This document shows, one piece after another, positions 10,432 to 22,801 of a stretch of DNA of 64,000 bases. The DNA comes from Monocercomonoides exilis PA203 (Eukaryota > Protista > Preaxostyla), in contig LSRY02000008.1 of assembly GCA_001643675.2 (NCBI GenBank), positions 1,178,001 to 1,242,000 on the forward strand, given 5' to 3'. Numbering within the stretch: position 1 is the first letter of the stretch; each line of letters starts with the position of its first letter. The translations under genes were made by a program, and so were the position numbers. The notes below the pieces were generated by a model. It was not told where the DNA came from. It ran no database searches and saw nothing but the letters and a program-made list of their open reading frames with translations.

Positions 10432-13400
10432 ACATGAGGTTTGAGTTGACGTAGCGGATTGAGGTGAACATGCATCATTTGCTGTTGAGATGTTGAAAAA
10501 TGATAATTTGGAGAGGGATATAAGGGGAATAGAAGGTGATGAGAAAAATTGGCAAAAGAAGAGAAATGAAATTCATTCACAGAAGTTCTTCCTTTCCCTT
10601 CACTTATTTGCCACATGATCCTTTGTGCCATATCGTAAAATATCCCAATGCAGCTGTATCCATTTTCCTGCCTCATCTGCTGCTGCTTCCAAAAAAAATT
10701 TTTGTAAATAAAAAATTCCACAAAAATATCTTTTCCCATTCTCTTCAGTTTTTTCCGCCTGGCTCATTCTGCCAAACACTCTTCTGCTGCTGTTTTCTCC
10801 CAATTTCTTCCAGGAATGCCCAGAAAAAAAAGCAGTGTTTCCACATCCCATGTTTCATGCTCCCCCAGCGCTTCTGGCAACACCTGATCGCATCACACAT
10901 CAATCAAATCAAAAAAAATACAAATAAAAATAAAAAATGGAACATGAAGAAAATGAACAAACAAGAATAAAATACCTCCACAAATCTTCATTTCCCTTCA
11001 CTCCCCTCATCCCCTGTTTGCCTCTCTCCAATTAACTCTCACCCCAACATCATCCACTCCAAGCACCACACCACACCACGCCTTCGCTTTTCAAATCCAA
11101 TTCCAAAAAAAAAAATAATATGTTGTTTTCACACTCTCTTCCATTGCCCATTCAACCTCACTTTCACCATTCTTCTCTTCCCTTCTTCCTCCATCCAGCC
11201 CTCAACCAAAAAAAAATATAGAATATCTCTTCTTCCCATCTTCTGCTCATTCTTCAAGCAAGGATTAAAAGAATAAACAGTCTGCGCTCCATCGACATCC
11301 CTCAGGCAACATATGATGGCTTTCCGCGCATCTTTCGGCAATTCACTCAATATTCTGAATAAAAATATGTATCAAATAAAAAATATCATGAAATTTTTAT
11401 TTAAGAAAATATACAAATTTGTAAAAAAAAAATGTGAAAGATATTTTTAAAAAACAAAACAAAACAAATAATAACAAACTATTTTATAATGAATTTTCTT
11501 CACACACTTTTTCTAATTCGTCCTTTCTTCTTCATTTCCTTTTTTTTCCCCAAAATATCGTTCCTTTCTGTCAGCAAAATTCATTTATCCCGGCTACGTT
11601 TCTTTTCCACTTCTCCTAAATATTAACAAAAGCTCAATCCTCTGTTCTGCTTCCTCTCGAATTACCTCCACAAACTCCATTCCATAAAAATGCAAGCAAT
11701 GAAGAAGATTCCATCTGAAGAATCCTTTCCCATCTCTTTCCCAAATCTTCTTCTTCTTCTCTCCATTTCCCCTCAAAACAACAGCAATACTATCCCACTA
11801 AATATCACAATCCCTGTCCCCCCAGCTCCCATTCCCCTTCTTCCAACCAAAAAAATATAAATATCTCCATCCTTTTTCTGTCTCTTTCCATTGCAAAACA
11901 CCTCCCATAATCAGCTCCTCATCTTCCTCTGCCTCCACACCTCCAATGCAAAGCGCCAGCGCTGATGTTCCTTCTTCCTGTCTTCCTCCGCACCCACCTC
12001 CATCACTTGCCCTGCAATCGCCTGGCGCGGCCAAACGGTCCTTTCAATAAAAAATAAAAAAAGATAAAAAAATATCTCTTTCTTTTTTTTTCTTCAACCC
12101 CACTTCTCTTTCTTATCAAACATACATCAGCAAAAATTCTCCCTCTTGCTCCGCCTCATATGAGCCCTCTTCTCTCTCCCTGCATTTGAAAAAAATCACA
12201 TCTCCTCCCCATTTCTTCTCCATCTCAAATCCTCACCTCCAAAAAATATATTCCATTCACTCCACCCATCTTTTCCCCCTCTATTCCCTCCTCGCCCCAC
12301 CTTCAACACAACAAATTCCATTTTTCAAATAATAAACGCAACTTCCACACCTTCCAACTCACAAAAATCGAAAAAATAACCCCTCCCAAACTCCATCCCT
12401 ATCCATCTCCCACGCATCCATTTTGCCTCTTAAACCTCCCAAAAACACCTCTTTTCCACAAAAAACATTCTTTTATCGCTCCTTTCCCTCTCAAAACCTT
12501 GTCTCCTCCAAAAACTCAACCCCATCACTCCACACCATAAATCCATCCTTTTACAATCGCATTGTCTTCATATGCCCGTTCAGCCACGGCACATCGAGTA
12601 GGACTTTCTTTTCTTTTGTGGCTCTAATTCGTTATGGAACATGATCAAGAAATGCCAAATGCTCAGAAACTGCCAACGGGGTCAGATTCAGAAGCTAAAA
12701 CAAAGACAGGTTGACTAAGTGAAATATTTTTAGTGAAAGGGTTGGGTATTACAAAGAATATCCGCTTGATGGAAGATGAAATTGTTCATATTTATTGATG
12801 GAATGCTGTGGAGCAACAATATTTTCGATGGAAATGAAGAATTTTCAATGTATGTATTTTATATTGTTCTATATGTTGTGAAGATATTTCCATCCGTAAC
12901 CTCTCCAAAGTCGTGATTCAGACGATTTATAAAAAATGGACAATTTATTCCATGCAGAGCAAGACAGAGAGGAAGGGAGCCAAATGTTATCTTACAAATA
13001 TATTACTAGAGCCTAGATGTGTTTTGTTACGAATGTTTATGCTTCTTATTATGGACTCAACATGCTCTGGATAGAAATTTGATGAAAAATGAATTTTAAT
13101 GGAGCAGAAATCAACGGTATTGGAAAATGTTCAAAGCTATAAAGGAAATCTGAAAGATTTGCCCGAATAGGGAACCTTTTTGAAGATGGCGGGGATATTT
13201 TCAGAAAAATTTTGTTGGGGAGATTGGGGCAAATAACTGAAACAGGATATTGGAGGCAGTTGGAGCAGAACAAGGCGCATTTCTTGGAATAAGAAGGGCA
13301 AGACATTGCTTTTATGGACCGGGGGGAGCGATGGAACTGGATTTGATTACTTGGCTTTTGAACCAAATATACGAGAAAATCAGAAAGTTTGGCGTTATAC

Positions 13401-13600
13401 AAGAAGCTTGGAGTGGATTACAGGCAAAATGGACTTTGAGTCATTTGACCTTTGTCTTCAGCCTTCTATCATTGAAACGTTATTCACAAGAGCAGAGAAC
13501 GAGACTGTGATGCTGAGAATATCTTCTGACAGAAAATATATAGTATTCAAACTTGACAATAACATCGCATTCACCATCTTTATCATCTTCTTCTTTGTCA
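10334..13600 (+). repeat. Direct repeat copy A of the head-to-head intergenic module (partner ~22554-25810, offset ~12.22 kb)
   Basis: Identical small ORFs at 11129/23351, 11434/23656, 11798/24020 and 12423/24645; essentially identical sequence ~11120-13060 vs ~23340-25285. Confidence 0.92.
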
Positions 13601-14897
13601 TTGCCATCATTGCTGTCATCATCTTCTTCTTCATCTCCATCTCCATCTTCATCTTCATCCCCTTCATTTCCTTCATCGAATTCTTCTTCGTCATTATTTT
13701 CAAATGCATCTCCTCAACAATTAAAATTTAATATAATTTTATCCTACTTATCCATTATCATATTTGTCTTCCTCTTCTTCTTCCTAATATTCTTCTTCAT
13801 TTTCCTCCAAGCCTTCTTCGCCTTCTTCGCCTTATTCCTCTTCTTCTTCTTCTATCATTCTTCTTCGCCATCTTCGCCATTATCTACCCCTCTTAATTTG
13901 ACAATTTCATTTTTTCCTTCGATTTGCCCTTCTTGGCCATCATCGTCTCATTATTCTTCTCAACTTCTTCCTCTTCTCAGTCGTCCTCGCCTATTTTTGA
14001 AAACACAAGTTGAAGGAGCAATTTGAGTGGAAGCAGAACAGGAGGACGGAAATGGGATGAATTTTTGGAGGAGCAGAAGAGAAGCAAAGCTGTTGATTGA
14101 ATGACGGAAGAATGAGATGGGGGAAATGGGTGCTTTTGCAGAAAGGAAAAATAATCTGGAGAAGGAGAAAGAAGAAAGAAGAAAGACAGAAAGACAGAAA
14201 CAGTGAAGAATGGAGATTGTTAAAGGCATGAATATATGTTTTTTTCATATAAAAGAAATAACATTTTTTCAAAAATTTTACAATATATTTTCTTTAATAT
14301 TGCTTAGGATCTTTTTGGAAGAATATCTTCATTGGATAAAAGCGCAAGGGTTGAGAAAAGATGGCTTTTTGAGCACTTTTGGAAACACAGTTGAAACAAT
14401 TTTAGGGCGTGCGGAGGAATTAATCAAAGAAAATATATGAAATGAATGGAAAAGATGGGATTTGCGAAATGGAAAAGGTATTTTGAAAAGAAGGAGGGGA
14501 AGCGATAAAAGAGAGAATGTGAGAAATTGAAGAAATGGTTGAAGGAGAAATTTGACAAAAATTCGAAAAGAAAAAAGACACAAAAGCGGATGTTGAAGCG
14601 AAAGATTGAGAAAAGAATATGATACTGATTTTTCATAATTCATTTTATATATTTTTAGTTTTTTCATATTTTTGATATTTTTCTTTTGTGTTTAATTTCT
14701 AATTTTATATTGAATTTTTTGTTTTATTAAATATATTTTTTAAATGATAGCAGGAGCTTTTGCGCGAACATTCAAAATCGATGAAAGAAAAAGGATTTTT
14801 GAAAACAAGCAGAAGATTGCAACAGAAGAAAAAGGGATATGGGGAAAGCAGACGATGAAGAAGGGGCAAAAGAGATGGGAAAAGGGATACGGCCATA

Positions 14898-16574
14898 TTG
14901 AGGTATTTTGTGAAATTTCACCAAGAGGCAAGGGAAAGAGAAGGAGGCGAAGATGGAAGTGTTTCGACATGCGAATCTCTTATCTCATCTTCAACAGCAT
15001 TTCTTTCATCACCTTCTATACCCCTAATATCCCTCTCCAAATTATCATTTTTCAACATCTCAACAGCAAATGATGCATGCTCACCTTCAACCTCTACGTC
15101 AACACAAACCACTTGTTTGATGAATAGTTGCTCATTTTCATCGGTTTGCAATGCATATGATGGCGGGATTGTTCATTCCCTCAACAACCCCTTGGTTTCT
15201 CTGACTGTCTCAAACACCTCGTTTGTGGGATGTTGTCGGACAAGGAATGTTGAATATATTGGAACTTCAGGAAATAAGAAACAACCAGGAAGACAGAATA
15301 TAACAGAGAATGGAACGAATACATTCACTTGGTGCGAATGGGATGGGTCGAAAACAGCGGGAAAAGGCGATTCATGGGATGATGGTATATCGAGCGGGGG
15401 AGCGATATGCATGTTCAATTTAGGAGAAGGAGTATTGTCTATTTTGTTTTGCAAGTTCAACAACTGCTATTCCGACGCATATGGGGGAGGTGTATTTTGC
15501 CATGCGATCAAGACAATTGTGTGTGAGAACAGCACATTCAGCAGCTGCACAGCACAAGCAAATACAGGTGGCGGAATTCATGCTTATTCGATTTCATCAT
15601 GTGTTCAGATCAGCGGATGTGAATTTCAAAAATGTTCTGCAAATGGCTGGGGAGGAGGTTTGAGACTGGATGATTTTCAGGTTTCAGAAACAGGATGCAT
15701 TCCAACAGAAAGCGGAGAAGGGGAGAGTGCGTGTGTGTTTGACTGCAGTTTCACTTCATGCTCAGTCACAAATTCATATGGTGGAGGCATGTATTGCACT
15801 AACATTCCAGCTGCATTCAAGATCAAGAATATTAGATTTCTTTTTTGCTCTGCTGTTTCATATGGCGGAGGGTTGCGATTATATACAGATAAAACAACAA
15901 TGCCAATTGATTTGCATTATTGTTATTTTCTTTTTTTCCACGAATGCAAATGCTCAGCCAATCCTCCACGCGGACATGATATTGCATATGCAGATTATTA
16001 CAACTTCTTCTTGAACTCAGGAAATCCATTCTTTGAATGTTACACCACAAATACGGATGAAAAGAGAATTTGCTATGCATTCAACTATTCGAATGCAAAC
16101 ACCTGGTATTTTCAGCACACAGAAAAGTGGGATTGGCTGAAGGATAAGACGATATACGTTTCAGTGAAAGGGAATGATTCATCTCCACTTTGTGGTGCAA
16201 ATGAAACATTTCCTTGTCTGGCAGTGAAGAAGGCGCTTGAGATGTGTGAAATACAGATTAGTTTGACAATCACACTGCTGGAAGGGAATCACAAAAGCGA
16301 GACAGCAACAATTGATATTGGATCAAAGAAGATTTCGGTCATTGGGAAAGGGAGGACGGAGAGTTTGATCGGAACAGGAGCACTTTTATCAACAAGAGAG
16401 CTATTCAGCGTGTCAACAGGTCATCTTGGAATGAGCCACTTGAAGGTTGACTGCAACTCAAATTCAAGTCCTTCTTCACAGAGTGTGGTTGTTGTATCTG
16501 ATGGGAATGGGTCACTCTCGTCGGAGGAAGTTATTATGTATTTATTATCATTTTTTATTTTTTTTCATGTTTGA
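14898..16574 (+). CDS. Beta-helix family copy 5 (mosaic)
   Basis: 558-codon ORF. N-terminus is identical to copy 8, the middle is near-identical to copy 10, and the C-terminal ~80 aa are identical to copy 2. Confidence 0.7.
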   Translation: MRYFVKFHQEAREREGGEDGSVSTCESLISSSTAFLSSPSIPLISLSKLSFFNISTANDACSPSTSTSTQTTCLMNSCSFSSVCNAYDGGIVHSLNNPLVSLTVSNTSFVGCCRTRNVEYIGTSGNKKQPGRQNITENGTNTFTWCEWDGSKTAGKGDSWDDGISSGGAICMFNLGEGVLSILFCKFNNCYSDAYGGGVFCHAIKTIVCENSTFSSCTAQANTGGGIHAYSISSCVQISGCEFQKCSANGWGGGLRLDDFQVSETGCIPTESGEGESACVFDCSFTSCSVTNSYGGGMYCTNIPAAFKIKNIRFLFCSAVSYGGGLRLYTDKTTMPIDLHYCYFLFFHECKCSANPPRGHDIAYADYYNFFLNSGNPFFECYTTNTDEKRICYAFNYSNANTWYFQHTEKWDWLKDKTIYVSVKGNDSSPLCGANETFPCLAVKKALEMCEIQISLTITLLEGNHKSETATIDIGSKKISVIGKGRTESLIGTGALLSTRELFSVSTGHLGMSHLKVDCNSNSSPSSQSVVVVSDGNGSLSSEEVIMYLLSFFIFFHV

Positions 16575-19110
16575 TAATGAAAATAAAGCAAAAAATAAAT
16601 GTGGTGGTTTTTATTAGTCAGGACATTTTTTTAGTAAGCATAGGAAAACAAAAACAAGTTAAAAATGAACAAAACAAATTGTGACAAGTTTTAATATATT
16701 TATTTGAATTCGTATTTAAAAAATAATATGCTCTGATTTTATTTTTGTTTTGTTTCGAATAAAGATCTCGAGAGTTTGTGTTTGTTTAATTTTCAAATTA
16801 TTTATTTATTCATTTTTTTTTTTCATATTTCCCCTTTCCGCTTGTCTTTAACAATTTGTCTCAGTAATGCAAGAAATCGTCTGTTATTGTTATTATTTAA
16901 AACATCATTTTTTATTCAATTTGTTTGAACGAAAAGTGTGAAAAGTTCCAATTTCTGATTTATTATTTTCTAAAAAAGAAAAAAAAAAAAAGACTGAATG
17001 AATGTTAAATATTGACATTAAAGAAGTTCACTAATTTTATCAAAATTCAATGCAAAAAGAAGTTTTGTGAAAAAATCAATAAATATTTCATTTTGCAAAA
17101 GCACGAATATTTTTCGATTTTAATCATGTGGACTTTCTTGAAAGTCACATTGTTCTTATCATCTCATCTGTTCAGTTATTAACAGGTGCCCCCTTTTCTT
17201 TTATCCAAACATAAATGTTTTTCAAACCAAACATCATTCTTTTACAAAAATAAAAATTGTATTTAGAAATCCAAGTTATATTTTTTTGAATTATTGTGTC
17301 TGAGATTATTTCATTTTTTTTATTATGATTTTTATTTTTGATCAAAGACTTGTTCGTGGGATAAGAGCACTTGAGTGTTGAAGGTTATGATATGGGTGAT
17401 TGTTTTTGAAATCATAACTTTCATACAGGGGTGTGGCCATTGACATTTCATCCTTTGACATGAACATTGCCACTGAAACCAAGTTGATCGAAACATAGAA
17501 TTTCCGACTTTGGTGAACAATCAAAAGCCAAAAAATGACAATCAACTTCATGTGGATTTCTGCTCACCTTTGTTATCAAACAAACTCGAACAATCAAAAT
17601 CAATTTTCACTGAGACTTCCTGAATGAAAAACAATAATTTTGAAAAGGATAAAACATCCAAAGAAGTTCAAATTTTGTTTCAATGATCAAAAATTTTGAA
17701 GAGAACTCACAAATTATTGATTATGTTTTTTATTCTATTGATTTTTTTTTTTCAATAACAATAGAGCATTCAAAAAAAAATTTTCTTCATCGTTCATCAC
17801 TCGTATTTTTGAAGCATGTTGAATTAATATTTATTATATGGTTTAATTTATTTCTGTTGAAATCATAAAATAATTTGAAATCAAAAAATTATTTCATCAA
17901 TAATTTGTGAGTTCTCTTCAAAATTTTTGATCATTGAAACAAAATTTGAACTTCTTTGGATGTTTTATCCTTTTCAAAATTATTGTTTTTCATTCAGGAA
18001 GTCTCAGTGAAAATTGATTTTGATTGTTCGAGTTTGTTTGATAACAAAGGTGAGCAGAAATCCACATGAAGTTGATTGTCATTTTTTGGCTTTTGATTGT
18101 TCACCAAAGTCGGAAATTCTATGTTTCGATCAACTTGGTTTCAGTGGCAATGTTCATGTCAAAGGATGAAATGTCAATGGCCACACCCCTGTATGAAAGT
18201 TATGATTTCAAAAACAATCACCCATATCATAACCTTCAACACTCAAGTGCTCTTATCCCACGAACAAGTCTTTGATCAAAAATAAAAATCATAATAAAAA
18301 AAATGAAATAATCTCAGACACAATAATTCTAAAATATAACTCAGATTTCAAAACACAATTTTTGTTTTTGAAAAAGAATGATGTTTGGTTTGAAAAACAT
18401 TTATGTTTGGATAAATGAAAAGAGGGCACCTGTTAATAACTGACCAGATGAAATGATAAGAACAATGTGACTTCCAAGAAAGTCCACATGATTAAAATCG
18501 AAAAATATTCATGCTTTTGCAAAATGAAACATTTATTGATTTTTTCACAAAACTTCTTTTTGCATTGAATTTTGATAAAATTAGTGAACTTCTTTAATGT
18601 CAATATTTAACATTCATTCAGTCTTTTTTTTTTTTCTTTTTTAGAAAATAATAAATCAGAAATTGGAACTTTTCACACTTTTCGTTCAAACAAATTGAAT
18701 AAAAAATGATGTTTTAAATAATAACAATAACAGACGATTTCTTGCATTACTGAGACAAATTGTTAAAGACAAGCGGAAAGGGGAAATATGAAAAAAAAAA
18801 ATGAATAAATAAATAATTTGAAAATTAAACAAACACAAACTCTCGAGATCTTTATTCGAAACAAAACAAAATTAAAATCAGAAAGAATTTTAAAAGAATG
18901 AACTCAAAAAATATATTAAAACTTGTCACAATTTGTTTTGTTCATTTTTGACCCGTATTTGTTTTCCTATGATTATTTAAAAAAATGTCCTGACTAATAA
19001 AAGCCACCACATTTATTTTTTGCTTTATTTTCATTATCAAACATGAAAAAAAAAATGATAATAAACACATAATAACTTCCTCCGACGAGAGTGACCCATT
19101 CCCATCAGAC
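16500..19110. repeat. Palindrome P2: second copy of the P1 core, arms ~16500-17721 and 17896-~19110, same 174-bp spacer
   Basis: Spacer 17722-17895 matches 5136-5309 in the same orientation; mirrored ORFs 17342..17551 / 18066..18275. Confidence 0.93.
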
Positions 19111-20912
19111 ACCACAACCACACTCGGCGAAGAAGGATTTGCATTTGAGTTGCAATCAACTTTCATGTGCAATAAACCAAGTTGGCCTGCTGTCACACTG
19201 AACAGCGTTCCTACAGATGAAAGTGCTCCTGTTCCAATCGCGCTCTTCTCTTTGCACGTCCCAATGACCGAAATCTTCTTCTCTCCAATATCAACTGTTG
19301 TTGTCTCGCTTGTGTGATTCCCTTCCATCAGTGTGACTGACAGACTCACTTGAATCACGCTCTTTTCAACTGCAACACCAATGGTTCTGCATGCACTTGA
19401 CTCATCCAATCCACACAACTCTTCTTCACCACCACCACTCACAGCTACAAATCGATTGAGAATCCCTCTCTTCAGCCAATCCTTCTTTTCTGTGTGATAG
19501 TACGACCAACTACTTCCCGTATAATCATATCCATAACACACTCTCTTGTCATCTGTATTTGTTGTGTAGCATTCATAGAAAGGATTGTTTGAAGACTTAA
19601 AAACATTATATAGATCAAAATACATCACATCATGCCCATATGGAGTGGCTGCAGAGCATTTGCATTCATGGAAAAATATGAAGAAACAATAAATTTTATC
19701 ATTTGGTGCTGTTGCTCGATTTGGATGCAAACACAATCCTCCCCCAGTTGACGTTGCTGAACATGAAATAAACTGAACACTCCTCATTTTGAATTGTGTG
19801 ATTGGAATGTTAGCACAACACATACCCCCACCTCCATTGTTTGTTATCGAGCATGAAGTGAAACTGCAGTCAAACACACACGCACTTTTCCCTCCTCCAT
19901 TTTCTGTCTCAATGCATCCTGACCCTGAAACCTGAAAATTATCAAGATTAAGCCCTCCTCCATAGCCAATTGCTTTACAATTTTGAAATTCACATCCGCT
20001 GATCCGAACACATGTTGAAATCGTTACAACGTATAACCCTCCTCCAACATTATTTTGAACCGAGCACGAATTAAACAAATTATTTTCGATATACACAGAT
20101 TTGATTGTATGACACATGATTCCGCCTCCACGACTGAATGCAAAGCAATTATTAAACCGACAATGTGAAACAGAAAGTTCTCCAGAATTGAGATTATACA
20201 TGCAGATGGCCCCTCCGCTTGATACTCCATCAGTCCACGAGTCACTTTCTCCTGTTGTCCTCGATCCGTTCCATTCACACCAAGTGAATGTGTTTGCTCC
20301 ATTGAATGTTTCATTCTGTCTGTCTGGTTTCAATGGAATCTCTGTTGTTCCTTCACATTTAACATTTCTTGTCCGATAACATCCCACAAACGAGGTGTTT
20401 GAGGCAGTTAAAGAAGCCAAGGGATTGTTGAGGGAAGGGACAATCCCGCCATCATATGCATTGCAAACCGATGAAAATGAGCAACTATTCATCAAACTTG
20501 ATGCGTGGAATGAGGAAGTGGTTGAAGGTGAGCATTCATCATTTGCTGTTGAAATGTTGAAAAATATCAGATGCGAGAAGGATATAAAAGGGATGGAAGG
20601 TGAAGAAAGGAATGGGGCAGAAGATGAGATGAGAGATTTGCATATTGAAACGCTTCCTTCTCTTTTAATTTTTTTATCATGCACCTGTTTTGCATCTCCG
20701 CGCCATGTAACAGAATATTTCCAAAAGTCAGATCCTTTCACTATCTCTTCTGCTGCCTCTGAAAACCATGTTGTTAAAAATGGAAAAGCATCTTTTTTCT
20801 TCAACTCCGCTGAACGGAAACAACATTCCAACATTCTTCCTCCTCTATTTCTTTGATAATCTCTTTTTCTCCCATTTCCATCTTCTGCCTTCTTTCCATA
20901 TTCCATTCGCAT
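18942..20912 (-). CDS. Beta-helix family copy 6 (mosaic)
   Basis: 656-codon ORF with ATG start and family motifs; shares blocks with copies 2, 8 and 11. Confidence 0.7.
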   Translation of the reverse strand: MRMEYGKKAEDGNGRKRDYQRNRGGRMLECCFRSAELKKKDAFPFLTTWFSEAAEEIVKGSDFWKYSVTWRGDAKQVHDKKIKREGSVSICKSLISSSAPFLSSPSIPFISFSHLIFFNISTANDECSPSTTSSFHASSLMNSCSFSSVCNAYDGGIVPSLNNPLASLTASNTSFVGCYRTRNVKCEGTTEIPLKPDRQNETFNGANTFTWCEWNGSRTTGESDSWTDGVSSGGAICMYNLNSGELSVSHCRFNNCFAFSRGGGIMCHTIKSVYIENNLFNSCSVQNNVGGGLYVVTISTCVRISGCEFQNCKAIGYGGGLNLDNFQVSGSGCIETENGGGKSACVFDCSFTSCSITNNGGGGMCCANIPITQFKMRSVQFISCSATSTGGGLCLHPNRATAPNDKIYCFFIFFHECKCSAATPYGHDVMYFDLYNVFKSSNNPFYECYTTNTDDKRVCYGYDYTGSSWSYYHTEKKDWLKRGILNRFVAVSGGGEEELCGLDESSACRTIGVAVEKSVIQVSLSVTLMEGNHTSETTTVDIGEKKISVIGTCKEKSAIGTGALSSVGTLFSVTAGQLGLLHMKVDCNSNANPSSPSVVVVSDGNGSLSSEEVIMCLLSFFFSCLIMKIKQKINVVAFISQDIFLNNHRKTNTGQK

Positions 20913-21030
20913 TCATTGCTATCAAAGACTTCTGAAAAGACTCTAGCATCAACAGAAAAATAGAAGAGAATAAATGAAAAGGATATTATTGAAATATCAA
21001 AAACAAAATAACTTCAACAAATTAAAAAAA

Positions 21031-21078
21031 AATACAATAAAATACAATAAAATACAATAAAATACAATAAAATACAAT
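21031..21078 (+). repeat. (AATACAATAA)x~5 tandem repeat
   Basis: Directly visible. Confidence 0.9.
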
Positions 21079-21187
21079 GTGGCAATAATTAGAATCCTTT
21101 TTATAATTAACAATCTTCACACACCTCTTCATCTTTCGCTTTTCAAAATATTGTTCCTTTCTGCCTGCAAAATCCATCTGCTCTGTC

Positions 21188-22801
21188 TCAGCTGCCAATG
21201 TCACAGACAATAGCATTGCTTCTCTTCTGCTCCAAAAATTGCTGCTTAATTCCAATCTCAGCTTCGCTTGCACTCCAACAACTCATACAAAAAATTCTTA
21301 AAAAAAATTGACGAGTATGATGAAGAAAGCGAAGAAGACGAAGAAGACGAAAATTGTTGAATAAAGGGAAAACAGCTTCTGTTCCAATCGAACTCTCCGT
21401 CCTCCCTTTCCCAATGACAGAAATCTCCTTTGTCCCAATCTCAATCGTTGTTGCCTCGCTCGTGTGATTCCCTTCCATCAGCGTGACTGATGAGCTCAGC
21501 TCTTCCAAGCCCGTCTCCACTGCGTGTCCCACCGTCTGGCATGGAGCCGACTCGCCCATTCCACACAGCCCACTCGAGTCGCTTCCATTTACCCCCACAA
21601 ACAGAACCTTTGTCCAACCCTTCAGCCACTTCTTCTTTTCTGTGTGCTGATATGACCAGCTGCTCCCAGTATAATCATATGCATAACACATTCTCTTCTC
21701 ATCTGTATTCGTTGTGTAACATTCTTTGAACGGACAATCTGAGTTCAAATAGAGGCTGTAATAATCTTCATAGTACAGGTCAGCTCCATACGACGGATCA
21801 GAATCACTCGAGCAACTGCAGTTGTGAAAGAGAAGGAAAAAGCAATACAGTTTGTCACTTGGCAACACATCTCGCCACGGAGCAAAACACAATCCCCCTC
21901 CCTTGATCAATGCAGAGCACGAAAAAAACCGAATGCTCCTCATTTTAAATTTTGTCTCAGGCACATTTTTGCAAAACATGCCTCCACCAAGTGAATTTGT
22001 TATGGAACATGAAGTGAAACTGCAGTCAAACACACACGCACTTTCCCCTCCTCCTTTTTCTTCTCCAATGCATCCTGACCCTGAAACCTGAAAATTTTCG
22101 AGAAAAAGTCCTCCTCCTTGAATACTTGCTTTGCAATTCTGGAATTCACATCCGCTGATCCGAACACATGTTGAAATCGAATATACATACAACCCTCCTC
22201 CATAGAAATTTTGAGCTGTGCATGTATTGAATATATTGTCTTCAGCAATAAATGTTTTGATTTGCCGGCATATTACTCCCCCACCTCCATAATGCGCATA
22301 ACAGTTGTTGAACGTGCAATGCCGAATAGAAATTGAGGCAGATGCCAAATTGTTCATGTTGATTGCTCCGCCATTCGAAGTACGATCAGTATGATCGTCA
22401 ACTTCTCCTGTTGTTTTCGATCCATTCCACTCACACCAAGTGAACGTATTCGCTATATTTTCTGTAATGCTTTGTCTCTCTGGGTGTTTCTTATTGTCTT
22501 CGGTTCCGGTACATTCAACATTTCTTGTCCGACAGCATCCAAAAAACGATGTATTTGAGGCTGTTAAGGAAGCCAAGGGGTTGTTCAGAGAAGGAACAAT
22601 CCCGCCATCATATGCATCGCAAACTGATGAGAATGAACAGCTGCTCATCAAACATGAGGTTTGAGTTGACGTAGCGGATTGAGGTGAACATGCATCATTT
22701 GCTGTTGAGATGTTGAAAAATGATAATTTGGAGAGGGATACAAGGGAAATAGAAGGTGAAGCGAAATATTGGCAAAAAGATGAGAAATTAAATTCATTCA
22801 C
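21188..22801 (-). CDS. Beta-helix family copy 7
   Basis: 537-codon ORF. N-terminal block is identical to copy 4; the C-terminal LFVGVNG..SSG.CGMGESAPC.TVGHAVETGLEELSSSV block is shared with copy 9. Confidence 0.7.
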   Translation of the reverse strand: MNEFNFSSFCQYFASPSISLVSLSKLSFFNISTANDACSPQSATSTQTSCLMSSCSFSSVCDAYDGGIVPSLNNPLASLTASNTSFFGCCRTRNVECTGTEDNKKHPERQSITENIANTFTWCEWNGSKTTGEVDDHTDRTSNGGAINMNNLASASISIRHCTFNNCYAHYGGGGVICRQIKTFIAEDNIFNTCTAQNFYGGGLYVYSISTCVRISGCEFQNCKASIQGGGLFLENFQVSGSGCIGEEKGGGESACVFDCSFTSCSITNSLGGGMFCKNVPETKFKMRSIRFFSCSALIKGGGLCFAPWRDVLPSDKLYCFFLLFHNCSCSSDSDPSYGADLYYEDYYSLYLNSDCPFKECYTTNTDEKRMCYAYDYTGSSWSYQHTEKKKWLKGWTKVLFVGVNGSDSSGLCGMGESAPCQTVGHAVETGLEELSSSVTLMEGNHTSEATTIEIGTKEISVIGKGRTESSIGTEAVFPLFNNFRLLRLLRFLHHTRQFFLRIFCMSCWSASEAEIGIKQQFLEQKRSNAIVCDIGS

